Of a stretch of 64,000 nt of DNA, positions 49,299 through 60,556 are shown piece after piece. The notes under the pieces are model-generated. The model saw nothing but the letters and a program-made list of their open reading frames with translations, searched no databases and was not told the DNA's origin. A program made the translations under genes and the position numbers. How positions within the stretch are numbered: position 1 is the first letter of the stretch; each line of letters begins with the position of its first letter. The stretch is taken from the NCBI GenBank assembly GCA_013265495.1, contig MU058289.1, positions 1,919,451 through 1,983,450 of the forward strand, in the 5' to 3' direction. Source of the DNA: Vicugna vicugna (lineage: Eukaryota).

Positions 49299-52204
49299 CC
49301 CTGGCACTCACACCATCATTGCTGCTCACAGTGCAGCCCCAGGTGCCACCTCCCTGAATGCTCTCAGGTCCCACTCACAGCCCCCGTGGCATCACCTCCA
49401 ATGTTGAGGCCACTCCCTGGCCCTCGCTTCCCTGATATCTCTGCCAACCAGTCACCTGGTCCTTGGTGCCCAGGTCCCAAGCCTGAATGGTGAACAGGTG
49501 TCTGGTGGGGCTCCTGGCCCCCTGAACCAGACAGGGGTCCCTCAGGGCTCTGGGAGGTCATCCTTGGGCAGCAGGCCCTAGAGAAGCTCTGCCCATGATT
49601 CGCTTGGGGACTGGCTTGATGTGAGTCCTGCCAGGACTGGAAAGAGCTAACAAGTCTCCTGCCCACCATGGAGACCCCCCCACCTCTCTGTGATAGGCAG
49701 GTGGGGGAGGAGGGGAAAGGCCTCCGCCTGAGGGAGGGTGGGATACGGGACAGACCCTCTCCTTCCAGCCCATCCAACCAACAGAAGTTGTCAAGCGTGA
49801 CCAACTAACTCTGAAGACACCTTCTACAATTTGAGCTACCACTTGAAAATCAGAAGAAATTGCATAATTCTATGTTACAGCTTCCTAGCTTCTTTGAAAA
49901 AAATAAAAAGGTGGATCTGGCCACCCTGGGCCCGCATCCCACACAGAATTCTTGGCTGCAGCTGAGCAGTGGCCCTGCCTGAGGAGCCAGGAACCATCTG
50001 TCCTCCCCTCTTCCCCATCCCGTTCCCCACGGTGCCCCCGCCCTGGCTGCTCTGGGCTGAAACATTTTCTGATGGACCTGGTGACCCCACACGGTTTTCA
50101 CTGACATCCCCCCTCATCTCCTCCTCTTTCTTATCTGCCTCCCTCAGGCATAGGCCCAGACCCGAGGCCAAGGTCAAATGCACTCATACATGCTTGGTAG
50201 CCTTTGGGGAGGCGGGGTGGGGGGCCTCAATGCCTCCCAGGCTGCCTTTCCTTGCCAGGACAAAACACATTCAGACACATAACCAAAATGTGGTGAGAGG
50301 TCCACAGATCACCCCCTCAGTCCAACCCAGGTTGGGAACAACCCAGGCTGAGAACCTTGGGCCAGGGACTGGACCCTTGACCTGCTCTGGGGACAGTCAA
50401 GCCGGGGTGAGCGGGGAGCTTGGAGAGGAGCCAGCCCACTTGACAGGTGGCTGGTTTTCAGGACTTCTGGAGGCTGGGAAATGCCACAGCCAGGCTGCAG
50501 GGCTTAGCGAGAGGCAGGCCCCAGCTTCCTGCCCGGACCCCAGACTAGGAGAATGGGAAGATCTCCCCCACCACGGGGTCTCCTCACCCCTCCACTGAGA
50601 GCCAGTCAGCTGTGCAGTTGCTGCTGGGGACAACGGAACCTGTTTATGTTTGGCTATTTTTCCAACATAAATAAAAAAATTTTAATAACAGGACTGTCCA
50701 CCGAGTTCCACCGTGATTCAAGTTAAAACTGCAGAGCCACAAATCCTGGGAAATAAGCTTTCTAATGAAAACATGGGCAAATCCATAACAATGAGCTTCT
50801 GGCTTAGATGGGGTCTGCCTGCGCCCCCAACTTCCTGCAGAGATTTCGGGAAGGAGATCTGCATTGACCCTAGAGGCACATGAAAGGCATCACCACAAAC
50901 AGGAGGGGTCAGCGTGCCCATCTCCGCCCTGAGCAGGCACCTGGGGCCCAGGTGAGAGCCCCACAGGACCGGGCCCGAGGCCCGAGGGCCTCAGCCCACA
51001 CCCAGGGCATCCCTGATGGGCCCACTGCATCCATCGTGGACCACATGGGCCTCCAGTGCTTCCGTTGTCATAACTACCACCATGACCTTTCTAGGGTTTA
51101 CAGAAACAAGAACCACCCAGTGGCTGTGGAGAAGGACAATGACCCGTAGCGACAGCCTTGTCCTTGGACCGGGTTTCGGCACAAAGTCATCTCTCTGCTG
51201 CCAGCGTTAGCAACCTAGCATTTCTGGAAGGTTAGCGGAGCCTCGATAAGCACATGTTAGGACCTGACAGGACTCTTCCCCACATTGGCTGTGAGATTCA
51301 CTGTGTGTCCTGAGCCCCTCTCCCCATACCCCGTCTCCTCGTCCGGAGACTGAGGCCAGCCAAGTGGAGCTGAGCGGGAAGACGAGCCAGGCAGAAGAGG
51401 CCGCCCCCTCGGAGCCCTGTGCCACTTTGGGGTTGGAGTCTCGCCCTGCCCTCCTGGTCCCCCTGGCAGAGCTCCTGGGCTGAGAAGGGGGGCCTGGCTC
51501 TGGGGTCAGGTGCCCCCCGCTGCTGAAGACTCCTGGCTGGTGAATGAGCATAGGGGTGGCGGAGGTGCGGGACACACGTGGAGGGCGCTCAGCCTGGCTA
51601 ATGCTGCCACAGGTGCGGTCACCACGGTGGCCCAGGCCAGACGTAATTCTGGGGCATCACACACAGATCTTGAGCCCTCTTCCTCCTCCCTGTGTCCCTC
51701 TTATTCATTCTGGGCAGATGGGAAAGGGGTCACCCACACCCGAGCCCTGCTCTGGGCCTGTGGAGTTGTGACTCACATCGCAGGTGAACAGAGCCTGATT
51801 CACCCTCCCAGGTGGGGGCCTGGGGTGGGGGAACAATCACCTGCTGTGGAGACACAACCCGAAACCAGGGCTCCCGGGGCAGCGTGAGCATCGGAACCGC
51901 CAGCCCCACTTGGCCTGGCTCAGCACGGCTCAGCCCCGCCCTGCCTGGACACAATGGGAGACCCAGTGTCCCAGTTGCACTGTAATTTCAGAAGATGTCT
52001 TTGTGCGGGCTTCATTAACCAAGACGCCAGAGGAGTCTTGGGGCTGAGCAGGGTGGCCGGCTGCTAACAAAACCTGCTGGGTGTTGGCAAGAAATGCCTT
52101 TTGAGGAGAGGGTAGAAAAACATTGAATCAGAAAATACAAGCACTGCAGACTGACACGTTAACTAGCAGCATCAGGCAAGGAGAGCGGACTGAGCTGAGT
52201 GAGG

Positions 52205-52395
52205 AAGGGTTTTGAAGCAGGCAAATCTGGGTTCGAATCCTGGCTCTGGCCGCTCTGGCTGTGGGTCTCTGGGCAACTGACCTAACGTCTCTGAATCTAA
52301 GTCGAGGACAATGATGCCTGCATCTCACAGGGTGAAGGAAGATGAAATGAAGGCACTGGGGACAGTGGCTGGCGCCAATGAATGAAAACTATTAC
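52205..52395 (+). mobile_element. MIR
   Basis: atctgggttcgaatcctggctctg...ctgggcaactgacctaacgtctctgaatct...catctcacagggt. Confidence 0.75.
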
Positions 52396-54487
52396 TAGGT
52401 TTCATGCACACTGAAGCTTAATTACATTGTCTCGTTTAAAAAATTATCATCGTACACGTGTGTGGAGCTCCGTGGGTTTCAAAGCCATCTTTGTCCCTTA
52501 CTTCATTAGAGCTACACGGTGATCCGTCTTCTATTTTTAGCATTTTACTTTAGTTCCTTTAAAACCCAAGTCTTGCTCTTATTGGATCTGAGTCCCCATT
52601 TTCCGTTCATCTCTCCTTTTTAATTTCCCCACCCCTAGGAACCTTTAGCATAACAATGCTGGGAGCATTTTCTATTAATATCAATTTTCAGATTACAGTG
52701 ATATGATGTCTGTTTCCTAATTTAATTAGGTGATTCCTGTTATTAGTTCCTACATGCTCATTATTTTTCATTTAGCATATTTTAATGCACCAAAGGAAAA
52801 GTGAGGCTCTGGCTGGAGAACTCCGGGGCGTCTTCTGCAGGGGGTAAGGAAATGTTCCCTCCCCTCTGCAGGAGGGTAGAGGAACCCCAGAAATGGGGGC
52901 TACATCAGAGAAGCAGATGCCAGCGAGCTGCAGGCCAGGGCGGTGTTCCAGGTGAGAGAGGGTGGGCGCAGAGAAACTCCCACTGCAGGGGCCCACAGTG
53001 GGCACCCCTGAGGTCAGGGCCTTCCAGGGAGGGTGGTAGTGAAGGTCTTCCATGAAATCCTCCCCAAAAGCAGCCTCTAGAGAAGATTCCAAAGCCAGCA
53101 CCCCCAGGGCTCCCAAACCCACTGGGCTGTGGCACTCACACCTGAGGGCTGCATGTTCTGATGACCCCCTCCCCCATTTCTGATCGCCATGGGTAGGTCC
53201 CAGGTCTGCCCCTGTTGGAGTACTGTCCTCTGCACAACTCCAGGGGGCGCCCTTCACACCACAGTTTAAATCAACACTACCCTGGAATTAGCACTGCATA
53301 TCACGTGAGTGGTACCTCCCCCAAAATGTGCAAGCTCTGCCTCAATGCTCCCACCCCATCTGTGGTGGGTACTCAGCCATCATGCCATGGGCTCCAGCCA
53401 CCCCTGGTCCCCAGTCCTCTAAATTGTCCACACTGACCCCACCAGTTTCCTTCCCTCAACCAGCACAGTGATGGCTGGGCTGGTCAGCTCACTGCCCACC
53501 CTATGGCACCAGAAAGAACCCCCGCAAAGTCACTCTGGAGTTGAGGAAAGAGAGGCAGGAAGCCCCAGGGCCATGCTTGAAGAGAGCACTGCTATGAGCA
53601 TCCTGGCCCAGTCCTGACTTTGAGAGGCTTGTGCATTCTGTGACGAGGAGTGGGAATTCCAGATACCTGAAAACTCACTGAGTGGGTTTACCCAGAGTCC
53701 ACTTGTCTCTGCTGTGGCCACAGAATGGCGAGGTGAGGGAGGTGAGGCAGCCTCCATGAGCCCTGGGTGGCATTCAGTGAAGAGAGTCTGAACACACACA
53801 CTTGCAGGTGCATTGTTTAGAAACACTGGGTTCTGAGAGTCCCAGCCCTGCTGATTTTGCAATGATATATTGCCAGCTACTTAACAGGATGGATCACTGC
53901 AATTACATGTCACTTCTGATATTCACAGTCACAACAAGGAGGTGTCAGCCTCGCAAGGTTTGTAGGAAATATATATGATGTTCCGCAGTGCCATTAGAAA
54001 ATGGTTTCAGGAGACAGACTCCAGAGGATTCCAATAAAACTCACCTGCCCAGGCAAAGTAGACGGCTCCATGGAAACTGGAGGGACTGGCTCCCCTGGCC
54101 CTGGAAGGAGCGTGGGTGTAGGCACCCTGGCTCCAGCAGGCTGCCCATCCCCCAAGGCCAGCCTGGGGCCACTTGCCCAGAGAGTGCACAGGAGGGACAG
54201 CCATCACATTGCTGTTTACTCCGTCACACTCACATGGGTGAGCTGTTGACAGCATCTCAGCATTTTGTCCCTTGGTCCTGGTCCACCCAGGGCTTTTCAC
54301 CTGGTGATGTGTCTCAGGGATACAAGGGGTCACACCTGGACAAAGATAGTTGCTGTAGGAACAAGACAGATCTTCAGCCTTCAGCGCTGGCACAGGCAGG
54401 GCCAAGGGTCCCTGGTAACTATGGAATCAAGACTGAGGGCCCCACTTTATCCAGCCAAAACATCCCTACCTCGTGGGTGCTCTAGGG

Positions 54488-54562
54488 TGGGTCAGACCCC
54501 TGGGCTTGGAATTCTGGCTCTGTCAGTTTCTAACTATGAGATATTGGGCAAGACACATAACA
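54488..54562 (+). mobile_element. MIR fragment
   Basis: gtcagacccctggg..gaattctggctctgtca...ttgggcaagacacataac. Confidence 0.55.
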
Positions 54563-55589
54563 CCATGCATTCTGGAGAGAGACCCCAGGCTCCCACAGAG
54601 TCTCACCCAAGTTCTCTTCACTGTTTCCACTGGAGTTGAGTACTTTGTTGCCTCTTGTGCACTGGAGAAGGCAACCAAACAACCGACAGCCGCCTCCTCC
54701 AGGAAGCCCCCCTGACTTCTCTGGCCAGGACCCTACCCTCGGGTGTGTGAGAGCGAAGGAGTGAGTGCATGACCTGTGAGTGGGGATGCAGGTGGAGGAG
54801 GGGGGTGGGGGCAGGGTGGGAGCTTCTGCTTTTCTCACCTGTTCTGTGAGTCCGGAACCCTGGATGCAGGAGTCACAGGGCAACACCACACACCCTGCCC
54901 AGCATCTCAGATGCCATCTGCCTAAAACAGAACACATGGTCTCCATTCCCTCCCCCAGACCACTCCCTGTCTGCTGTGTCTGCCTTGGTGAGTGGCACCC
55001 CAAGCCCCACTGACCAGAGCGAGGAACCCTGAGCCAGAGTCACCCTGAACCCGGATGGCTGCCCTCCTCACCCTCCTCGTTCTCCTATCCACATGGTCGC
55101 CAACTGCCCGGACCCACTGATGCGCCTGAATCACCCTCTCCTGTCCCTGCCTGCCTGCCCCAGGCCTAACCATCTCTTCCGGCCTCACTCACTCTCTCCC
55201 AGCTGGTCCCTGGGTCTTGTGGTCTCCCCCTCTGCTGTTGCCCACGACTTCATGACATGCAGCCACTGGAGTGGGCTCTCCGATGGCCACTGCCCCTCAG
55301 AATCCCCAGAGCTCCCCAGCTGAGTCTGCGGCAAAGGCTCACTCCCCTGAGCGGTCCAAGGGCTCGGGGTCCCTGAGCCTGCCTGCATCTTCAGCCACAA
55401 GTCTGGACCCACGGATCTCACTCCAGCCCCTAACGTACCCGGGGGCTCTTCCTACACACATTCTCTAGTGCCTCCGAACCTGGACCCACGCTCTTCTCTC
55501 TGCCACGATCTGCTCTGGGCCTGGACAGTCCCTCCGGTAGCAACGACTACTGTTGGGAAAGCAGTAGGTACAGCGGGCAGGACAACTCT

Positions 55590-55920
55590 TGGCTCTGAAG
55601 CCCAAAGCTGTGTGATTATGGGCACAGCGTGTAACCTCTCTTATCTCAGGAGTCTCATCTGGCAAATGGTGTGATAGGACTTAACTCAGGGGGTTCTGAA
55701 AGCATTAAATGAGTGCTAAATACACGTGAAGTGCTTGTCTTAGTGCCGGGCACACAGGGAGTGGCTGGGAGGGTGAGCCAACATCAGTGGTGGTGGTGTC
55801 TGTGGGTCCATCCTGTACATCTCGGCATCTCATTTATTATAAGAATTATATGCATTACAACATGTAGAGGGCTTACATGAGACCTGGCATGTGGTGAACT
55901 CCCTGTTGTTATTACTGTTG
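55590..55920 (+). mobile_element. MIR fragments
   Basis: gctgtgtga...aacctctc...ctcatctggcaaatgg...attaaatgag...gtgaagtgctt...gtgccgggcacaca, plus a second 3'-end piece at about 55830-55920. Confidence 0.65.
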
Positions 55921-56399
55921 CTACCCCTGGATGCTCTTGCACCCTGGATGAACGTCCTGGGGCTAGCTATCGACCAACAAGTCATCAGGGGCTGTCTAGT
56001 CCCCTTGTCTGCACTTGGGGCCCCTGAGCCATCACTGTGGCTGCCCTCCCCACTCGGCGCCCCAGCACTGGCCCCAGCCCCCAGCAGCCTCACCCACAAC
56101 CCCACGGCTTTGGGAAAGCTCCACTAAAATGTGGAGCGGCCTGCTTTAAAGAAATTCACTCTGCAAAAACCAAACATTGAAACAACTATAGTGCGCTAGA
56201 AACAGAAACTATCATTAGATCGCCTTTTTTTTAAATGTATCAATGAATAAGCCAATCAATCCACTGATCACTTTGGCTTCATGGGTCACTAACAACACCT
56301 CACCTCACCCCATTAAAACAAAATCCATCCCACTTAAACGAATGAAGAAGGAATGACACAATTAGCACATGGCATTGTGCGGCCCCGAATGAACAGATG

Positions 56400-57080
56400 G
56401 TCTAGACACACGATCAGTGGCAAATTGACATCCCAAAGCAGGTGCATGCCTCCCGACAGAAGAACACTGGATCACATGTGAATTTTTGCCAAAAAAAGAA
56501 GTAAAACCCAAATCTATACCTGACTGGCTAGATCTACTTAACTGACAGGGAATACAAAGAACAGAAGGCAACGTTGAGCTCCACCAAATGGGCGCAGTCA
56601 GCAAAAATCCCAACTATGGGAAACGTACAGGACCTGCAACCCAGTTCCCTCCAATAAATAACAAGAGAAAAATTAAGATGAGGAGGGACTCTTAGAGACT
56701 GAGAGAGACTTAAACGACTCATCCAACACCTGCAGTATGCAAGCCTTATCTGGATCCTGGATAAAACAAACTGGACAGAAAGGTATTGGTAGTGTTTGCG
56801 GGACAACTAGAAGTTTGAACACTGGATGTTTAATGATATTAAAGAATTGTCAAATTTAAAGAAGAAAGAGTTCTTATCTTTTAAACTGAAAAATATATTG
56901 AAATAATTATGGCTGAAGTGACAGGCCATCTGGTATATGCTTCAAAATGAGACAGGAGAGAAGTGGATGGGGCCATGGATGGGGCCATGTTGGGGCTGCT
57001 GGGTGTTGGGTGCACACGGTTCATTGTACTATATGCTAATCTACTTTTGTGTGTGTTCCAAGCTCTCCATGATACAAAGT
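56400..57080 (+). mobile_element. L1MC-like 3' end
   Basis: cagtcagcaaaaatcc..tatgggaaac.tacaggac, gagacttaa, ccttatctggatcctg, atgatattaaagaattg, ggttcattgtactat..tctacttttgtgtgtgtt. Confidence 0.75.
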
Positions 57081-60000
57081 TCATAAGGTTCATAAGTTTT
57101 TTACGAACTCATAAAAAGTCAGCCTGCCCAAACACACATGTGGTGTGTGCCTCCTGCACCCCCAGGGTCAGCATATTGGGATGTGTCAGCCCCAGTTCTG
57201 GCCTGCTCTCCGAGTCTCCCACTTAGGGAAGGGGCAGCTGTAGTCTCCCGGGTCAAGAAGTGAGTTTCCTGAGGCCCAGGACCCGGCAATAGTGCAGACT
57301 GGAAAATAGTTGGATAGGTGAATTCTCTGATACCCAAGAAAATCTAATCTTAGAAGGAAGGTAAGCAATTTTATGTTTTGAAAGGTTTGATTTAAAATAT
57401 AAGCAAACATTTTTGAAAATATGGCTTGGTTTACAAAAGTGGGCAACCCCCTGTAGGGTTACATCTGATGCACAAGCAGGTGAGAGTGGCTGGCCTCTGA
57501 GAAGTTCAGATGCTGTTAACACCTGGGAGCTGCAGGGGAGAAATCTGAACCTTGAGGGACCACAAACAACTAAAGGCACCGCCTGCCTTCTCAAGCTTGT
57601 TTCTGGAGCTTCACCTGCTCCCCCTCTCCCTCCCCGCTCCATCAGTGACCCCAACAGCAGATCCCAGGCTCTCCATTTCCAGGGAAGTTTCTGTGGCTGG
57701 GAAAGCCAGAGACGCCTGTGTGGAATTTCCTCTGTAGATGAGTACCTGCCCATTGGCCTTGCCAGATCTAGATGGCAGGGCAGCCTCCGGAGTCTGAATG
57801 TCCCATGGGGAGAAATCCGGGCTTGTCCGGGGGCCCAGAGTACCACCCACCCATGCAACTGGATACATACACTTTGTAAGCACTGTTTCCAACAGATAAA
57901 TGTAATCAAGGTTTATATGTTCAGAGAACCCAACAGGATGGGATTGTTTCACTTGAAAGATCAGAAGAAAATTGTAACTAATGTTGTGGAAAATTACTTT
58001 GATATTGCTTTCTTGGTACCGAATCACAATTAGGCTGCTGTGAGAAGTACAGGGAAAGAATAAATGAATAGTAACAAATCAACACAAACAGCCTGTGTCA
58101 GGAACACTTTGCTTAGGGAAAGTAACGTAAGCATTACTTAAAGTTTTATGACTGTGTTTGATGTGATTCACGTAGAATGGCCAGGTTGCCCACCACCTGG
58201 CACGGGACGAGGGTGGTCCAGCTCCATTTACAGCCAGAAGAAGGCAGCTCAAGACCTAAGCATCCTCCTTGCCTGCGTCTGCCAGGTCCACAACATTCCC
58301 AGCTGCAGGGGACGCTCACCTACATGCCCTGCCAGCCTGAGGCTCCATGCTCCTTCCCCATTCACCACTCCACCCCAGAAATCCTAGCTGTCCATAGGCC
58401 CCCGTCCCAGCGATAATCAAGGAGGACTACATGCACGTGCACTGGGGCAGCTGTGCAGGGCAATGCTGGCTGGGGGGAGGGACAGGAATCCACACCTGCA
58501 GAAGACATGAGGGGCAAACGCTCTGCTTTGCCAGCTGCTACGGCGCTGCAGGGCACGTGTCGTGGCCACCAGACTCCAGCTCCACCCAGGAATATAACAC
58601 CTGTCCCTGGAGGATACCCCAGATAAGCACATGGCCGGTCCTGCGTGGACACCACAGACACACTCATGCCTTCTCCCCCAGGCCCATCCCACAGAATGCA
58701 GACACCAGACATGAGGACCCTCTGCACACGTGTGCCCCGACCATGCACATGCCAGGACGTGCACCAAGGATACACAGAGCCATGAACCCCAAGCCGTGTC
58801 TGAGGGCCTTTTGGGGGAGCTCACTTCTGCACACATAACACCCAACTGCGGAGACCAACTCTTAGTCCCTCCTGACGGTGCTACGTGTGGGGCCTGGTTC
58901 TGTTGACACAGGGTCGCCAGACACCCTGGGGCTCCCATGAGGCTGCAAAGTCTCCACGGAGCAGCCAGCTGGGTCATGGGGCCTTGCTTCTTCAGAAGCC
59001 AGGGTGCAGCCAGATCCATTTTGACCACCCCCACCCCATCACCCCCGCCAGTCAGGGTCCAGCCCAGGCGTGAGTCAGCACCTGTGACTCACCTGCCATC
59101 TCCTGGGGGCCCAGCGCCTGGGCTGCCTCTTGCTGACTCTCTGTGATGAAAGAACCAACTCACCAGCCTGTCCCACCAGGGCCTCTGATCACAGCTGCCA
59201 GGCCCAGGGTCCCAGCTCTGGATCCCTTGTGCTCCTTCTGCCTTTCTACGTGGTGCTTACAGACCCTCAGTCTGAGCTCAGGGGGGTTGCTGGCTGCCCT
59301 GAGAGTATGAACCACAGCTGAGGGTGGGGCTGGGGAGGAAGCGGCAGGCCTGAGGGCCTGAGTGCCCTCCCCAAGGGCCAGGTGCTCCTGCGTCATGCCC
59401 CACACCCCTGGGCTATGGGCTGCAGGCAGGGATGGTACAAAAGTCCCTCTGCCTAACCCCCCAGTCTCCATGTCTCTTTCCTACTGTCCGTGTCCTGGAG
59501 CACAGGGCTGCCTTCACAAGGCCTCCAGGACCACTGCTGGGAATCGCTGGTCCCCGCGCCTGGCAACCGATGTTTTCCTCTCACCCCAAAGCAGAGTGAC
59601 CTCTGGCTTTGGCCTGGCACCTGCTGCCCTCCAGCCCTTCCATGCTCTCTGAGGTGGGGGCTGTGTCCCAGCCAGAGGGGCCTTGCCCAAGGTCTCCTCT
59701 CCACACCCCTTCTGCCCCAAGGCTCCAGAACCATCCTTCCTGCTCTCACCTCTCTGCCGTCTCACCTCTGCGAGTCAGGGAGGGTGCTTCCCTCCAGTGG
59801 GTGGGGGACAATGGCTGGGGGGGCAGCAGGAGCCGCCTCAGTTTCACAAGCCAAGAGGTACTGTGACCCCCACCCTGGTCCAGGATGAAGGGACCAAATT
59901 CAAGGGGTCCTCAGGGTTGGGCAGAGAAACTGAGTCCCACTTGGGAGGCCTGGGTTCAGGGAGAAGTCATTCGTCCTCTGATGTCCCGGACTACGTGGAA

Positions 60001-60337
60001 GAGGCCCCAAGAGGTGGCAGAATCCTCCTTAAATCTGAGTTTCACCAACCACAACAACTGGCTGGGAGATGGACAGTATGGCTATTATTCCCAAGAGGAG
60101 TGCACTGGCCAGAGGCCAGAGGGCAGAGACCAGAGGCCAGAACCCTGAGACTGGTGGTCTGACAACAGACACAGTGTCCCCATATTAAGGCTGACGACCA
60201 CCAGCAGGAAGCCAGGATCCCTCCTCTGCCTGCTGGGGGGTCTCAGCACAGCCTTGGCACCAGGGCAGCATGGAGGCCTGCACGTTGGGCGGGAAAGCTG
60301 CGGCAAGTGGGCGGCGGGGCCGAGTGCAAGGGCTCAC

Positions 60338-60467
60338 CTGGCACCTGCTGGGGGGCGAGCTCCGTGGGGTCCTGCAGGCTGATGAAGAGGAGGAGGCCTG
60401 CAGCTCCGAACAGCAGGATGGATGAGAACATGCAGGCCAGCCGCATCGCTCCTGCTCTCAGGGTCAT
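60338..60467 (-). CDS. CHST8: CHST8 (carbohydrate sulfotransferase 8 / GalNAc-4-ST1), first coding exon: short cytoplasmic tail, type II transmembrane anchor, start of stem
   Basis: Translates MTLRAGAMRLACMFSSILLFGAAGLLLFISLQDPTELAPQQVP+G, matching the recalled N-terminus of mammalian CHST8 (human MTLRPGTMRLACMFSSILLFGAAGLLLFISLQDPTELAPQQVPG). It ends at a canonical donor CAG|GTGAGC (GT at 60337-60336) after 130 nt, phase 1. Confidence 0.96.
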
Positions 60468-60556
60468 CCGGGGCTTGCTCCGGGGTCACCTCTCGGGTGT
60501 GGGAGGTGCGCTCTTCCTTCATCATCCACACCAGGCGTCCATCAGGCCACTGGCTA
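60468..60556 (-). other. CHST8: 5' UTR part of the CHST8 start-codon exon, with upstream 3' splice site
   Basis: Minus strand reads GTCTTTCTCCCCTACTGCCCAG/TAG/CCAG/TGGCC: a pyrimidine tract followed by three AGs, giving possible exon starts at 60556, 60553 and 60549. Which one is used cannot be read from sequence. Confidence 0.75.

Larger units (their letters stand above)
1..60337 (-). other. CHST8: Long CHST8 intron downstream of the first coding exon (continues beyond the window start)
   Basis: Begins at the donor GT 60337-60336. No sequence encoding the next CHST8 residues (IKFNIRPRQP...) or the sulfotransferase domain was found. Content is repeats and non-coding DNA. Confidence 0.8.

Noticed and set aside
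56965..56990. 12-bp tandem duplication GGATGGGGCCAT x2
   Set aside because: A simple slippage event inside an old L1 fragment.
57253..58033. Overlapping 218-aa (-) and 206-aa (+) ORFs
   Set aside because: Non-ATG starts and no recognisable homology or retrocopy hallmarks. A BLASTX hit would be needed to reconsider.
60243..60337. C-terminal part of the 74-aa ORF (GEPLHSAPP...)
   Set aside because: This is read-through past the splice donor. Similarity to CHST8 stops at QQVPG.
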